Positions 1 to 13,964 of a DNA stretch of 64,000 bases are shown piece after piece. Where the stretch lies: positions 55,428,001 through 55,492,000 of the forward strand of contig NC_045705.1 in the NCBI RefSeq assembly GCF_009834535.1. The letters run 5' to 3'. A model generated the notes under the pieces. The model was not told where the DNA came from and made no database searches. It saw only the letters and a program-made list of their open reading frames with translations. The stretch is from Camelus ferus (Eukaryota). A program made the position numbers and the translations under genes. Numbering within the stretch: position 1 is the stretch's first letter; the number at the start of each line of letters is the position of its first letter.

Positions 1-619
1 TGTTTGTGTAAAGCCAAGAAATAAATTTAATCCTGACTTCTAAAATTATTAAGCTGTCATAGTAACCTAGAAGGATACTGTATAAAACAAAAGCTGTGGT
101 GTCTATGGGTTTGCATTTTAACACCCAAACCTGACCAGGAGAATGTTCTTGAACATGATGTATTGGGTACTGATAGTGAGATTACTTTATCAACTTAGCA
201 ATGAAATAGCTTCAACCTTACAAAAAAGTGCAATTAGAAATATTGCTTCTAACTGTCCAAGGAAGGAACAAAGATATATACCAATGCCTAAATCATTGTC
301 AATATACGTATCTCCCACAGAAACCAAGCATGTTATATTTTCCATTTATGCCACCAGTTTATCCTGAGAACTTGATACTTAATAGGCACTCAGTATATAT
401 ATATTTAAATGAGCAAACATTGAAGGAGGATTAAGCAGTTTACATGTCCATGATTTTTGTATTATTCATGAGGAGCTTAGAGCTACTGACAGACAAGTAT
501 GTTAAAAATGTAAAAGAATGATGGTGGGAGTGGGGGCAGAAATAATCATTTCAAAAAATAAAGAGAAGAAATAAAGAATATTTTATTAAAGTCAAAATCA
601 AGTAAATAAAATCACGAGT

Positions 620-3250
620 ATCCGAAAACATGAAAAAGACAATTCATACATATCTGTAAACACAATAATTATATTGTTGATTAAAATAGGAATTCTCAGA
701 ATAAATTTTTAAAAACTATTTAGTATCTATTTTAAAAACACTTAATATATAAAATTTGAAAAAAATGAATAGAATAAATCAGATATTCCTACTGAGGCAA
801 AACAATTTAATAATATCAATATCAAATATTTATAAAGCATCAATTCAATTAGAAAAGATAATTATACAATGATGAAAGGAACCATTAATAGGATAATAAA
901 ATATCTGTGACTTACCTGAACCTTAACACAAACTTTTACCCTGAAAGAAATTCAAGTAGAGAATTACAAATTCAAAGTTGTGGTAAAAATGTTTAAAATA
1001 TATTTCTTGAAATATATTTCTTGAACATATTAACAAAAATTATATAGTAATTACATATATTATATATAGTATAATTATAAAAATAATATAATAATTATAT
1101 AGATTTGACAGCACTATTAACAATTTTGTACCAAATAATTTATATTTAAACCCATATGCAAAAAATAAGATTACAGAACATTTTAAGCATACAGGTATGT
1201 ATATCAGGCAAGTTCTAATCAGAAGTGAGAAGAAAAAATAAATATAATAGATATCATAAAGCAAAATAAAAAACAACATTAATAACCATAAAAGAAAAAA
1301 AGAAATGCATATATTTGGATTTAGTAATTAATTCAAAATGATGACTGGATCAAATATAAAATAATAACAAAAATCACAAAAGGTAAAGAATAGAAAACAA
1401 CAAGAAACTTAAAAGTTTAGGGATATGGTTAAGTGATATTTAATAAATCTATAACATTAAATGCATATATTGCGAACAAAAACATGTTTATGGATTAGTA
1501 TACTAATCACTTGATGCAAGAATTATAATAACTACCTTCAGGTTGAATGAAGAAAACAGAATAAAAATAAGACAATAATGTAATGGAAAACATATTAGGA
1601 ATTCTCTGAAAATGAAACTTTATTTAAAGGGAGTCTTAAAATAGACAAAACCTAAGAAAGTATTCAACGGAAAACAGAAATAAAAAAATTGAGACTTGGC
1701 ATGTAAAAAAGTTATTTAAAAATACTGAAGAGTATAATGAGTTATTTTAGGATTCAAAATTGAACATTTAGAGACGATATAGTATTTTAAAGTGTGTACA
1801 AAGCAGACTAATAAATTTAAACAGAAGTTGGAAATATACACACTACCAGAAAAGTTTGCCAGAGAATTTAAGATATAACTTTCAAATTATACCTTAAAGG
1901 GTAATCTACTTCTTGAGAGCTGTAATTACTCTCCTGTGTATGTTATTTAAGAAATCACAAAAAAGAGGAAAACTTTCCATCTACCAAACTAAGATAATTT
2001 CAAACTGAAAAATGTATTTCAAAAATAAATATTTTAGGACTGTTTTGATTTTAAATTTAAAATATTAGCAAATCTAATTATCAAGCTTATAAAAATCAAT
2101 ATATCATGCATGACCATGTATGATTTAGCATTAGAAAAATATTCGTTGTAATTAGCTACATTTAAAAAATAAGGTAAAATGCAAATATGGGACTAGGAGG
2201 TATATGGGATATCTTGGACCCTTTCACTCATTTTTCATGTGTATAGTAAAACAGACATAACATAAAATTTATTATCTTAACAATTTTTAAGAGTACAGTT
2301 CAATGACATTAGATACACTCACATTGTACAACTATCACCACCATCCATCCCCATTACTCTTTTTATCTTGTAAAACTGTAACTGTATACTGTTAAACAGG
2401 AATTCTCCATTCTTTCCTCCCTCAATCCCCTGGCAATCACCATAACACTCTGTCTTTACAGTTTTGATCACTCTAATCTCATATGAATGGAATCATAAAG
2501 TATTTGTTTTTTTGTGACCAGCTCATTTCATTTAGTGTAATGTCCTCAAGTTTCATCCTTGCTGTAGCACATAGCAGAATTCCCTCCCTTTTTAAGGCCA
2601 AATAATATTCCTGTGTGTATGTGTATGTGTGTGTGCATGCCACATTTTTCTTATCCAGTCATTGATGGATGGACACTTGGGTTGCTTCCATGTTTTATTT
2701 ACTGCAAATAATGTTGCTATAAACGTGGGTGTAGAAATATGTCTTCCAGACTGTTTTCAGTCCTTTCTGGTATACACTCAGAAGTGGAATTGCTGCATTA
2801 CATGGTAATTCTATTTTTAACTTGTTGAGGAATTGCCTTCTGTTCAATTTTGCTGTGATTCTCAGTTGCTCTAAAATATAGAGTGTATTAAAGTATTTTT
2901 AAAAATAAAAAGGAAAAGAATATAGTTAAGATAAATCAAAGAAGCATTTGATTTTATCTATTTATAGTTAAAAATAAATTTAAACCAGGCAAAAAGGAAA
3001 CTTTTGTAATAAGTATTATAAAATAAAATTCAAAAAGTACTTATTTAATGACCAAGACAGGGGTGACCACCATCTCAATTTCTGTTCAATGTAATGGAGA
3101 TCCAAAAGTTAATGGATTAGTAAGGAAATAAAAAAATAAGACTCACAGGTTAGCTAATGTAATGACCTAGATGGAAATATCAGAAAACTTCAAGACAGAC
3201 ATTTTATAACATGAAATTGCTTGGAAGAAAACTGTGCTGTATTCTTTCAG
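620..3250 (+). mobile_element. Old, highly decayed L1 (ORF2 region) with nested 3'-end fragments
   Basis: 2050-2150 and 2900-3200 resemble L1 ORF2 RT-region nucleotide motifs (aatattagcaaatc...catgaccatgtatgattt; gaagcatttga; gaccaagacagggg...ttctgttcaatgtaatggag). No long ORF remains; boundaries approximate. Confidence 0.6.
2245..2835 (-). mobile_element. L1MA/L1MB-type 3' end, antisense
   Basis: Typical antisense L1 3'UTR (acataacataaaatttattatcttaacaatttttaagagtacagttcaatgacattag...cactcagaagtggaattgctgcattacatggtaattctatttttaac). It interrupts an older sense L1 3' terminus whose halves lie at ~2180-2225 and ~2840-2895. Confidence 0.8.
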
Positions 3251-3404
3251 GATTGTGTTTATTTATCCACTGATTTGTGCTAAATATTATTACATATAAT
3301 CGGATGTTTAAGAAAATGTATCTTCTCAATTACTGTAAGTTTCCCATTGAAACCACACACTTGAATGTGTTATTCTTAGAGTTCAGCAAAAACTCAAATA
3401 TTTT

Positions 3405-3560
3405 GGATGAAAACACAGCTCTCTGTGGCCCCATGAACTTGAAAAACTACCTTAGCCTCTAGGATTCTCTGTTCTATAAAATAAGATGATTTGTTTCTAG
3501 CTCCTGGGGTTGGATTACAAATTCAATTCTATTAAAATGCTTAGTTAAAATCCTTGCAAT
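3405..3560 (+). mobile_element. MIR fragment
   Basis: MIR-core-like gaacttgaaaaactaccttagcctctaggattctctgttctataaaataagatgat. Confidence 0.5.
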
Positions 3561-4092
3561 ATAGGAGGAGAATTAATATTTATTTGGTCAGTTTGAATAA
3601 GGTTCTAGATGTCTGTTTCCTCAGTCAGGACAGTAGCCACTCAGGCCTGATACCGTGAGATTGCTTTGGAGTGAGAAAGCTAAGAAAAATACGTGCACAA
3701 ACATCTATAGAAACTAAGTGGGGCTGGAAAATGATGACTTCTGACACAGCCAGCTAAAACTAGGGCTTGGAAGATTTTGTGGAGAATTATAAATATACAA
3801 AGTATCTAATAAAATTAACAAAACAATGAATATTATTCTAAAGAATACTGGTACTAATATACTTTACTTTTAATATATATTAGAGCATAGTGATTATGGA
3901 AAATTCTAATATTGTGACATATCAAAGTCAATACATTTTCCAATATTTAGGTTAATTTCACACAAAGTGCACTTCATGATTTCTATGGAGACATTGGGAA
4001 ATTATTATGCAGTCCATCTCTTCTACCAGGCAACCCCAAATCTCTGCAGAAGATTAAAAGATTAGCTCTGGCCCCAATTATGTACTTACTGT

Positions 4093-4152
4093 GGGGGTAC
4101 TGTACTCAATTCGTCTTAAGTAGGAGGTACTGTACTCAACTTGTCTTGAGTA
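4093..4152. repeat. 30-bp tandem duplication (2 copies)
   Basis: gggggtactgtactcaattcgtcttaagta / ggaggtactgtactcaacttgtcttgagta, 26/30 identical. Confidence 0.9.
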
Positions 4153-5317
4153 TAGTTGAATTTCAGTATACTCAGAGCTGGCTTACAGCTGTTGCAGATG
4201 AATTCTAAGATCTTATGACCAGTGGAGATAATCTCAGGGGCCTGCTGTGGTGGGAAAAAAGCCAGTTCCTTAAAGTTTTAAAACCCATGTCAGCCTGACA
4301 TAATCAAACCCAGGAGGATGTTGTAGTTAGGGACAAGTATTAACATCTTGTCATTTAGCTAACATTCTAATTTGAGTTCCATAGAGCTAACTTACTTTTA
4401 TTAAAACAGGCATAAATGTGCTTAAAGTCTATGTTTTAGAATAGTTTTCTTTTTAAAGAATGCTTTTTGCTTTTTTTTTTGAAGGAAAAGCAGAATATAA
4501 AATCTCTTTCTCCTTATATGTATATTTTAAAGTTTTGTATATACAGAAATTGCAGAGGGATTTCCTCTCAATTTGTGTCTCTAGGAGTTGTCCAATTTTG
4601 AAAAAGGAAGGGCCTCCAAAAATAATTGGTTTGGTGAGCTCTAGATATCAAATAATATTAAAGTGAATTATAAACCACCTGAAAATAGACTTGGAATTCC
4701 TGCATCATGTTGTACTTGGCCTGGGTCGTCTGAACTCTGTCACTCAAAGCGAGGGAAGACTATGTGCTTGGCTCTCTGATAGGCCGCCGAGTAGCTGATT
4801 CTCTCTGCGTAACCCTAGGAAGAGTTTTTAGGGTGAGTTCACTCAGTCAGCTCAGTCCTACCCTTAACCCACTTAGACAGACATACACAATTCAGAGAAG
4901 CACACTTTTTTATATATGTCTTTTTCATACGGTTCTATATCTATTACAGTAAAAACAATTTAAAAAAGGAAAAGGAAAAAAAACCTGACTTAATAAAAGA
5001 TATATACAGAAAAGCCCGCCTTGTATCATATTCAACAGGGAGTGTCAGACCCGATCCTATTCACATCAAGAACAAGTCAAAGATACCCAATGTCAGCCCA
5101 TTACACTGTTGATTGTGGAAAGTGGGGAAAACATGAAATTTTAATGCTTCTACAGTCAAAAAAATGTATTTCAAGAGAGCAGGGATAAATGAATTACATT
5201 AAATATTTCTGAGAGGTGATGTTGGATGAGAATGGAGAGTAACCTATTCAATTTAAGGTGGAAGGCAATGATGAAGTTACTAAAAGTAATTCCAGTTGAT
5301 GGTGTGAATGAAAAAAC

Positions 5318-5798
5318 TGCAAACCTATCAGTAAACAAAGAAAGCTGAAACCATCAAGTCCTCAGGCGCTGCTGCCACCCCCCAGTGAAGACAAGCCTGC
5401 AGCCTGGCCTCTGAAACTGCTCACAATGGTGCACTCTGAGAGGACTCAGAATAATAAAGGACAAGATACTGGCCCTAGATAGCTGGGTGCTTGTCAAAGG
5501 AATGAATTCAATGAGCCCAAATGTTTGCTTCCTCCCATACATAGAAAAGCGCTAAATTCTTTAACTTGAGATGCCCGGTTTTCCTTAGACAACAAGTAAT
5601 CTTTTATTGTTCCAACTACCTGGTCTTTGTTGTAAAGCTCTTACGTGTCCTAGCTCCTCCCCTACCTCTTCGGAGCAGTCCCTCAGAGCCAACTGAGAGG
5701 CTGTCATCCCAGGCTCAAAGGGGTTCAAGTCCTCAGATATGTCCACCAAATAAAACATAACTCTCGACTTTTAGGCTGTGCATTTATTTCAGTCGACA
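5318..5798 (+). mobile_element. Solo LTR (ERV1-like)
   Basis: ~480 bp, TG...CA ends (tgcaaacctatcagtaaacaaag ... ttcagtcgaca), AATAAA near the 3' end (aaataaaacataactctcgacttttaggctgtgca), GC-richer than flanks. Confidence 0.7.
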
Positions 5799-7032
5799 AT
5801 GGGTAGGAAAGATGAGCTACAGGGAGAGTGGTTTTGTTTCCAGAGAGAGGGAAAGTGAATGTTGACAATTTGTTGTGGAAGACTTGCTCTTAAAGTGAGA
5901 AGAGAAAAGTTGATAATTAATTTCACAGATATTAATCATAATTTGAGGGAAGGGGTGGTTTTCTTGGTATGACTTAAAAATGGGAGTAGAAGAGGGAAAT
6001 GGCATAATTACGTAAAACTTAGTGAGTACACGTAAATTGAATTGGGGGAAGAAATGTGTATTCTTATTAGTTGTATAGGGAGGGATTAGAGTAAATATTT
6101 GAATTTCTCTATATTCAATTTAATTTGTATTATTTCTATAGTATTAATGTGAAATTACTATTTTCTTTGGTCTATTCCCTAATTATTAATTTGTAAAAAC
6201 CTTAAAATTTAGGAGAATGTAGATTTCATTTCTTGAGTTTCATTCTCAAATGGAAAGAAGACAAAAATAATATTTATCATATGTTTCTTAATTTGGTTAA
6301 CAGATTTTTCTGTCCTAAAAGGTTATGTCATTTCAAGGTCATCTTGAAAAGAACTGCATATCCTACTTGTCTGTAGGGAAGCAGTTTATTTGAGACACAG
6401 GGAGAGATGTGGTCAGGTGAGTAACTTATTTCCAAATTAAAAATCCAGAGACTGTGACCTCATTAAACTAAGGGCCTTATGGATATTTCATAGTTTTTCC
6501 ATAAGGAAGACAACATTGAGGAAATAGAGGAATTTAGGTAATGATGAGAAAAATATAGCATTTATTTTGCAAAGGAATGTGACAATATCTTTCACACTGG
6601 AAATTCCAGTCGCTAGTTGGACATAGGTCACACTGGAATCTGGTTGTAGATTATCTCCTTCCATTAGGCATTCATTGCAGCTGATTTTATTTCCCTCAAT
6701 TATATTGGCACCCTATTATGTTTTTATTCATGGAAACATTGGTTAATAATGAAACCAGACCTTCACAAGGTGAGGAGATGAAAAACTCTTATAAAGGGTT
6801 GTGAACGTGACACTTATGTTGAGATTCTGAAGACACTTACTGGGATTGCAGCATTCAACACCAACCCATGTCAAGGCCAAAATAGTGCTCTCAGAAAGGC
6901 ATTATTTGACTCTGACTACACCTCCAATAGAAATATCCCTTTCCTTCTATTTCCTCCCCTGGCATCCCTTCATGCTCCTTGTTCCTTCTCTTTCTTCTTC
7001 ACGTCTCTTCCCTTCTCTGACAAATATCCTTT

Positions 7033-7993
7033 TCATATACTATGGGATTTAGTATCCTTAGAACCTGAAAAGATCTTTATGACACAATCTTGTATCTGCT
7101 TGGTTTTCACCCCATGGACAATGGGGTTCATAGTGGGAGGCAGGAGCAGATAAATATTGGCCACAATGATGTGGCAAGATGGAGGAATCAAGTGACCCCC
7201 AAAGCGGTGGGAAAAGAAACAGAAGAAGGCTGGGCTATAGGAGAAAACTATGGCACAAATGTGGGCAGTGCAGGTGCTGAAGGCCTTCCGCCAAGCTTCT
7301 GCTGAGAAGAGGCTGACCACTGCCCAGAGGATCATGGTGTAGGAGATTGTGATGCACAAGATGTCAAAGCCCCCAACCAGAAGGGCAACCATCAGACCAT
7401 AGATAACATTGATCTTGATATTTCCACAGACAACTTGGCTACAGACAAGTGGTCGCAGTAGGTATGGTGTATTATATTGCCTCTACAATAAGGTAGTTGC
7501 TTAATAATGAAAGTCAAGGGAATGACAAGCAACACACCTCTCAAGAAAGTGGCAAGCCCAGCCTTTGCAATGACAGGATTGGTGAGGATAGTTGAGTAGC
7601 GCAGAGGATAACAGATAGCCACATAGCGGTCCAAGGCCATAAGCATGAGTACTCCAGATTCCATGCCTGTGAAGGTATAGATGAAGAACATCTGGAACAG
7701 GCATTCTTCAAAGCTGATTTCCTTGAGGTGAAACCAGAAGATGCAGAGAGCTTTAGGGATTGTACTAGAGCACATGACAAGGTCAGTGAGAGAAAGCATG
7801 GCCAAAAGTAGTACCTGGACCTGTGCAAGGAATCCTCATAGCGAATGAGGTAGAGGAGTCCACAGTTCCCTACCACAGCCACAGCATACATGGAGCAGAA
7901 TGGGAGGGACATCCACATGTGCATGTCCTCCAGCCCTGGGATCCCATTAAGAATGAATGAAGCTGGTGTCAGGTCTGTTTGGTTCAGCATCAT
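7033..7993 (-). pseudogene. OR52N4: OR52N4-like olfactory receptor pseudogene (copy 1)
   Basis: ORF pieces 7541-8023, 7392-7805 and 7033-7392 join into an OR52N4-like protein (MMLNQTDLTPASFILNG...MALDRYVAIC...KAFSTC...GSKDTKSHSI). Two 1-bp deletions versus paralogs: ~7805 (ccaaaagta vs ccaagaagta) and ~7429 (ccacagacaac vs ccacaggacaac). NPIVY has become NPIVH. Confidence 0.93.
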
Positions 7994-8066
7994 TATGACC
8001 AGGCTGGTATAATCACTGAGCAACTTATAGGACTTTTGTGAGTTTTTGTTTTCTGGTTCTCCAGGA

Positions 8067-8092
8067 CTAGAGAAAAATAAAAAAGAAAAATT
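8067..8092 (-). promoter_or_regulatory. Splice acceptor of the coding exon, copy 1
   Basis: Minus strand ...ttttttatttttctctag|tcctgg, ~73 nt upstream of the ATG. Equivalent TAG acceptors precede copies 2-4. Confidence 0.6.
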
Positions 8093-8214
8093 TTAGTTGT
8101 GCTCTCTCTCACACTCTCTGTTTTTCTCTCTCTGTCAAATAGGCACTTTAATATCAAATAACCAAACATATTTGACAGGATGCTTACTTAAAAAGTTAAA
8201 ACCGAGTATGTATT

Positions 8215-8310
8215 TTTTGTTAGTTCATTAATGTATGAATTCATTCAAAAAACTCACATTTAGCACTTACTATGTCCCAAGTTCTATAATGTATGTTGTT
8301 TCCTCATCAT
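8215..8310. mobile_element. L2 3'-end relic, shared by all four OR52N4 units
   Basis: ttcattaatgtatgaattcattcaaaaaactcacatttagcacttactatgtccc. Homologous relics at ~17510-17600, ~26960-27040 and ~43955-44040. Confidence 0.55.
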
Positions 8311-9329
8311 TTTGAAACAAAATGACATACATTAAACTCTCATAACTTTATAATAAAAGGTAATTATATTGTGATCTTCTTAATGAGATTTTTGTTTGAA
8401 TGTTTTATTTAAATGTTAATTGCTATACACATCTCCCTTTGAGTGTTTTCTTAAGACAAAGTTTGTAGATCACCTCTCCAATGACTTAACAAACAAGATA
8501 AGGATGTTTTATAGTTGTTATTACCTTTAATGGGTCATATTTCTGCTATACTAAATACTGTTCTATGAATTTTACAAATACTAACTCATTAATCCTCACT
8601 ACAAGCTCCAGAAGTATTTTTCATTAACCTGCACTTTAATAATTGAGTAAATGGAGGCACTGTGTAGAGGAGGCTTCTTCATGTCTGGGTTGCTGTGCAT
8701 TCAATACCAAAACTGAGCCTTTTCTGTCCACTTCTTTGTAATTTATTTTTTCTAAATTTTGACAGAGAACTGTGTGTTAGAAAGAAATAGTCCCATTGGA
8801 TAATGATGCAAATAAAAAATATCCAGCTCCATCATTTTGACTGTTGAAGTTCACCTTTCATATTTCAGCTCTCCACTAACATTGATTGACCTTTGAATTT
8901 CTAAATAATTTGTCTGCTTGCTTTTTCTTCCTTTTCCCTTTAAAGTTGTTTCTGAATGACTGATTAGTGTTTAATTTATGTTATCTTACTGCTTGCTAAG
9001 TCACATGATATGACAATTATATTTTCTTCCTCATTTAATATTTTTCCTTTTGATGATAATTTCCTTAGTATTGATGTAGATATGTCAAAAAATTTTAACC
9101 AATTTTTAGAATTGAAAAACATTTTTATTGTTATTTCTTCACAGTTAAACACAATCTATTAATGCTAGTCCTTCCCACACCATCTGTCAGTTTCTGGGAA
9201 GTCTCTGAAACACAACTGTTTTCTAGGTTTGATACATAATTCTCATCCAGAAATTCCTCTTCATCTACCGTTTGTGTTACAACACTATTTGTGGATCTAA
9301 TATTTCTTCTTTCTATATTTCTGACTGCA

Positions 9330-10760
9330 TGGAAAATATGTTTTTGAGAGTATCAATGTCTGAATATGGTTTATTCTTTTTATCATTTTGCAGGATCAAA
9401 AATTCTAGGTTAACTCTTACTTTCCCTCAGAACTTTTAAGGCATTTCTCTATTATCTCCTAGATTCCAGTGTTGATATTAAGAGGACCATTCTGATTCTT
9501 GATCCTTTGTATATGAGCTATTTTCCCTTTGCATTTCTTCGTTGTATGTTTTTTGGCTCTGAACTATTTAAGAATATTTAAGAATTTTTCTGCTTTGCAA
9601 TTTAATGGTCATACTAAATGTGTATGTGTGCCTGTGTATGTCATTGTGAATACAGTAAGCTTTTTGAGACTGGAAATCTATAATCTTTGCTTTTGGGACA
9701 TTTTAAAATCAACTTTTGATAATTTCTTTCAAAGTTTTTTCTTGTTATTTTTCTACAACTCCTTTTACTCAGATATTGGTTCTTCCAAATGTATTCTGTT
9801 TTTTTGCCCCTTAAAAATTTTTTTAAGCAAAGAATGCTGAAGTGATCCTAAAATCTTATAGCAAAACTTGAGGGAGAAGTAGTATTTCCTTTGAGAGTTT
9901 AAAAAACCTTCAAAAATAGCTATATTCATGATCTTAATGTACTAAGAAAAACAAGGGCAAATCACCTAAGGCAGTATTTTCTGAGTTTAACTACAGAGCT
10001 ACAAACTCGAGAATATTTTCAAACCATGGTATTTAGTAATCAAAGAGTGCAGTTTTGTTAGGTATTTGTCAACTAAATGATGGGTAAATCAACTTAAAAC
10101 ATATTTGAGACTCAAAAAGTATTTTTAATTTTAAGACCCAAAGAAAATAAATAATATACTTTAATTTATTAAGAAGCAGGAAAAAACCTTCTTTTTTAAG
10201 TTGCATCTATTTAACTGATCCACTTTCTAGAAAAGTTCTTCAATTATGTCTTTCTAATATCTAGTATTTTTTGTTTTCTAATATTATAAATTTTGAAGAT
10301 TTTATTTTCTCTCATTTATTGTGAATATACTATACATTTATAAATGCATTTATATACATAATATTTTGTTTCCTGAATATTATTTTCTTAACTTCTAAAT
10401 TTTAACAATTTATTTTTATAGCTTGCTTTACTTTTTATCTTTTATTTTGGAAGTGTCTCTCAACCATCTGGTAACTTTTGAATATTATTTCACAATTAAT
10501 AGAGTCTTTAGAAAGGAAACTTGAATCTGCTGGTGATGAGCGAGTCTCATTGACTGATAGCATTTACTTTGAGGGCTCTTGGAGTAGCCTCTTTGCTTCA
10601 CTGTAGATGTCCTTAGTTATCAGTTTTATAAGTGTTTTCTGGGGGACTTCCAATTTTTCCAGAAAAGGATCTACCAGTTTACAAACCAGAGGAAATTATG
10701 GCTGGTTGCTAGTGTTCTTAGAGGTGAGAAATGTGGGGCTCTCACACTTAAATATGAATA
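9330..10760 (-). mobile_element. Old L1/HAL1 ORF1 and 5' region, antisense, fragmented
   Basis: aattctaggttaactcttactttccctcagaacttttaaggcatttctctattatctcctagattccagtgttgata is the antisense of an L1 ORF1 C-terminal region. The 10200-10760 part has a homolog at ~17900-18560. Confidence 0.55.
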
Positions 10761-12254
10761 TTTGATTCAACCCTTACATACTTAACAATACTTTATCCAT
10801 GGCCTTGGTTACACTTGATATATACACATTCATAGGACTTAATAAAGTTTCTTCCAACTATAAAATTCTAGTCATCATACAAGGATAAATCATATTGCTT
10901 AGAATAGTGGATAAATCAGAGAAAGCAAACTGATTCTTATTCAGTTTTCTACCTGCATATCTGTTTTTATCTCTGTGTATTTGCACTAAAGGATAACAAG
11001 TTAAAATTATTTTTACAGACATTATTAAAAGCAACAGAACTGTAACAGTTCACATATATATGTACATATGCATATACATGTATAAAAACACATGCATACA
11101 CCATATATATGTTACTGTGGAAAAATTAGACTTTGAAATGTATTTTCAATAAATATTTGGCCAGTATATATCAAATTGTCACAAGTTGTTGAAAAATAAG
11201 ATCACTACTCATTTATTCCTCTCAATACATTTAAACAATCAACTCAATTCTATGTATCCAGGCAATAGAAGCAAATAGAGAAAAAAAGGAAAAGCATAGA
11301 TGCCCATAAATTGAGAATAAGAAATACTCTGAAATTACTTGTGCTCTATTCTTGAGAATATAATTCTTAAATATGAGATAAATATCCCATTTATGTCCTT
11401 TGTGTTTCCGTTTTATAATTCTAGTCTCGATTAATGAAACAGTCTTTATTGTTACATGAGAAGTTAAGGTTCTATTTTCAATAAATTTGCAAAACTCTTA
11501 AAGATTCAAGCTTGCACTAAATAATAAAGTATTAACCACAAATTAAATTAGACTTTTTCCAAATTATATTTAAATTAATTTTGATACTTAAATTTTCTGC
11601 AAAAAAAAATTGATTCATTTTATGCTGTGAGTGGGCAGGTATATCAATATACATGAATTGATAAATGGTAACATCAATACACGAATATCGTCACATATCA
11701 GTTACAATTTTAAATAGTCTGCCATCTATTCTCATTCCCAAGCTCCACAAATACTAAGTTTGCTTCCTTACTATGCTGTCCTCAACTTTATAACTCTTAT
11801 TCTCAACATGACAATGGGTTTCTCCGAGTAGGTGTTGCTCTCTAAAATGGATGAAATACAGTCACAAATAGGTACCTCTAGAGCTGAAGCAAGTAAATTA
11901 GATCCTCATTTTGAGAAGAACAGGAGGACAGGTAAGAAACAAGAGTACTGTGACCAGGATGAAGAACTGTTCTCCAGCTGGCTGGCCCTCATTTCTTCTT
12001 GTCATGGGGGTGACTTCTACCTGACTTACACTCCAACAGAACCAAAGATTTCTACTGGCTTAGTAAAATAACTAGATATTCATAGTCATAATGGAAAGTT
12101 ACACTGAACTGCAATCTGAGAAGTGGTGAAATACACATTTTTAGGAAAACTAAATTTTTTACATTTCTGCCTTCAAATGGGTAGGTGGAATCAAACCTCA
12201 AGTTGTGAGAATCTAATACTCTGCATATACATCCAAAACTCTCCACAGTTTTTA

Positions 12255-12560
12255 CTGCTTACAGAGTAAAAACAATTCCTGTGTGTACTCCACTTTTGTA
12301 TGTCCTTTAATACCTGGGTTTCTGGTGAGGAAAGCAGTAAGCTGAATGCAATCCGCTCCAAGTGTTCAGGATTTTGGTCAAAAAAAAAATCACAATTCTA
12401 CAATACATGTACATGCACAGTCCTCAACTTCTTAATCCTTTGTGATCTGTACTATGGAATTGAACATTTAAAGACACAAATATGTGTTATATATCTCAAG
12501 GGGATGTTTCAGAATATTAGATACACAGATGCTCTTGTGGGAATTAATCTCACCCCTCTG
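12255..12560 (-). promoter_or_regulatory. Putative promoter/first non-coding exon of OR52N4 copy 1
   Basis: Block conserved among paralogs (21295-21600, 31220-31560, 45040-45320). Contains TCTCAAGGGGA at 12494-12504 (matches O/E motif YYYCARRRR) and a donor-like minus-strand gtaagc at its low edge. Confidence 0.5.
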
Positions 12561-13479
12561 GGAAGGTGAAAACCAGTGGAAGCTTTCTGTTCTTACTACC
12601 TATATGATGCCACATAAATAAGTGAATAATTCCGTATGTGTGCGTCTATATGTTTGTGTGTGAGAGAGCATGCATAAATGGGAGAGGGATGAGAATAAAT
12701 ACAAACTTTTTAAGTAAAAAAGAATGACTTTGCAGAGTATTGTTTCTAAGGAAGGCCTTGTGGGACACAAATTGAAAACACTTAAGTAGAGTGTTCCACT
12801 CATTCACACATCCATATATTTTTTTCTTTCATTTGTTTATTTTTTGTCATTCTAAATAACATCACTGAAGAACTACTACTCCCCAAATCATGCTGGGAAT
12901 TATGCAAAATCAGATAATGTGGGTACTGGGTTTCGAAAAGTTTACTTTCAACCGAAGTGGATAATTAATATTATGGCATTTTAGAAAGACAGCAAAAGTT
13001 CAAGTTTGTTATGCATGCACAGTAAGTTAAGGATAATTAGATGCCTAAAGCTTGATATAATAACGATGATGGTGATATTAACAATAATAAAACACAATAA
13101 TGGTTCTAACTTTATATTCCTTCAAATAATAAAAGCTATGCCTATTTCGACTAATTTAAAAAACAAGTTTGTAAAGAGATAGCATTCTTAAATTGTATAA
13201 TGTAGAAGTAACTTATGATACATTTCATATATCTATATCTATACATATGTTTTGACAAAACCCTTAATCATATTAACATAAACTTGGCTTTATATAATCA
13301 GCTCATTCTAACAAGGATTATTCAGTATTATTATGATTGAATAAAAGTTCATCATATGTATTTAACAATTTGTTCACCATTTTCCTGTTTTTATGTGAAG
13401 TTTATTTTAAAGGGAATGAAACAATAAATATGCATGTAACAAATATTTTAGCCTAATTTTTGAAAATCATTGTCTTTTT

Positions 13480-13960
13480 TAAAAAAATTGAAGTTAAATT
13501 CACGTGACATAAAATTAACCATTTTAACCATTTAAAAATGTACAATTGAGTAGCTTTTTGTACATTCACAATGCAGTGCAAACATTATTCCTACATAATT
13601 CTAGAACATTTCCACTACCTCAAAAAGAAATCCCCTAAACATTAAACAGTCACTTATGATTGCCCCATTCCTCAGCCCCCTGCAATCACNNNNNNNNNNN
13701 NNNNNNNNNNNNNNNNNNNNNNNNNNNNNNNNNNNNNNNNNNNNNNNNNNNNNNNNNNNNNNNNNNNNNNNNNNNNNNNNNNNNNNNNNNNNNNNNNNNN
13801 NNNNNNNNNNNNNNNNNNNNNNNNNNNNNNNNNNNNNNNNNNNNNNNNNNNNNNNNNNNNNNNNTCTTATGGATATACTTCATTTTGTTCATTTATTCAG
13901 CAGCTGAAGGACATATAGGTTCTTCCTATATTTTGGCAAATCATTCTACTAATGTTATTA
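13480..13960 (-). mobile_element. L1MB-type 3' end, antisense (contains N gap)
   Basis: ttgaagttaaattcacgtgacataaaattaaccattttaaccatttaaaaatgtacaattgagtagc... is a typical antisense L1 3'UTR. Confidence 0.8.
13690..13864. other. Assembly gap (N run)
   Basis: 175 N. Confidence 1.
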
Positions 13961-13964
13961 AGCT

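Noticed and set aside
143-6005. Short 60-80 aa ORFs in AT-rich DNA (and similar ones throughout the window)
   Set aside because: Low-complexity Phe/Leu/Ile/Lys-rich translations, often from non-ATG starts, with no recognisable domains; expected by chance.
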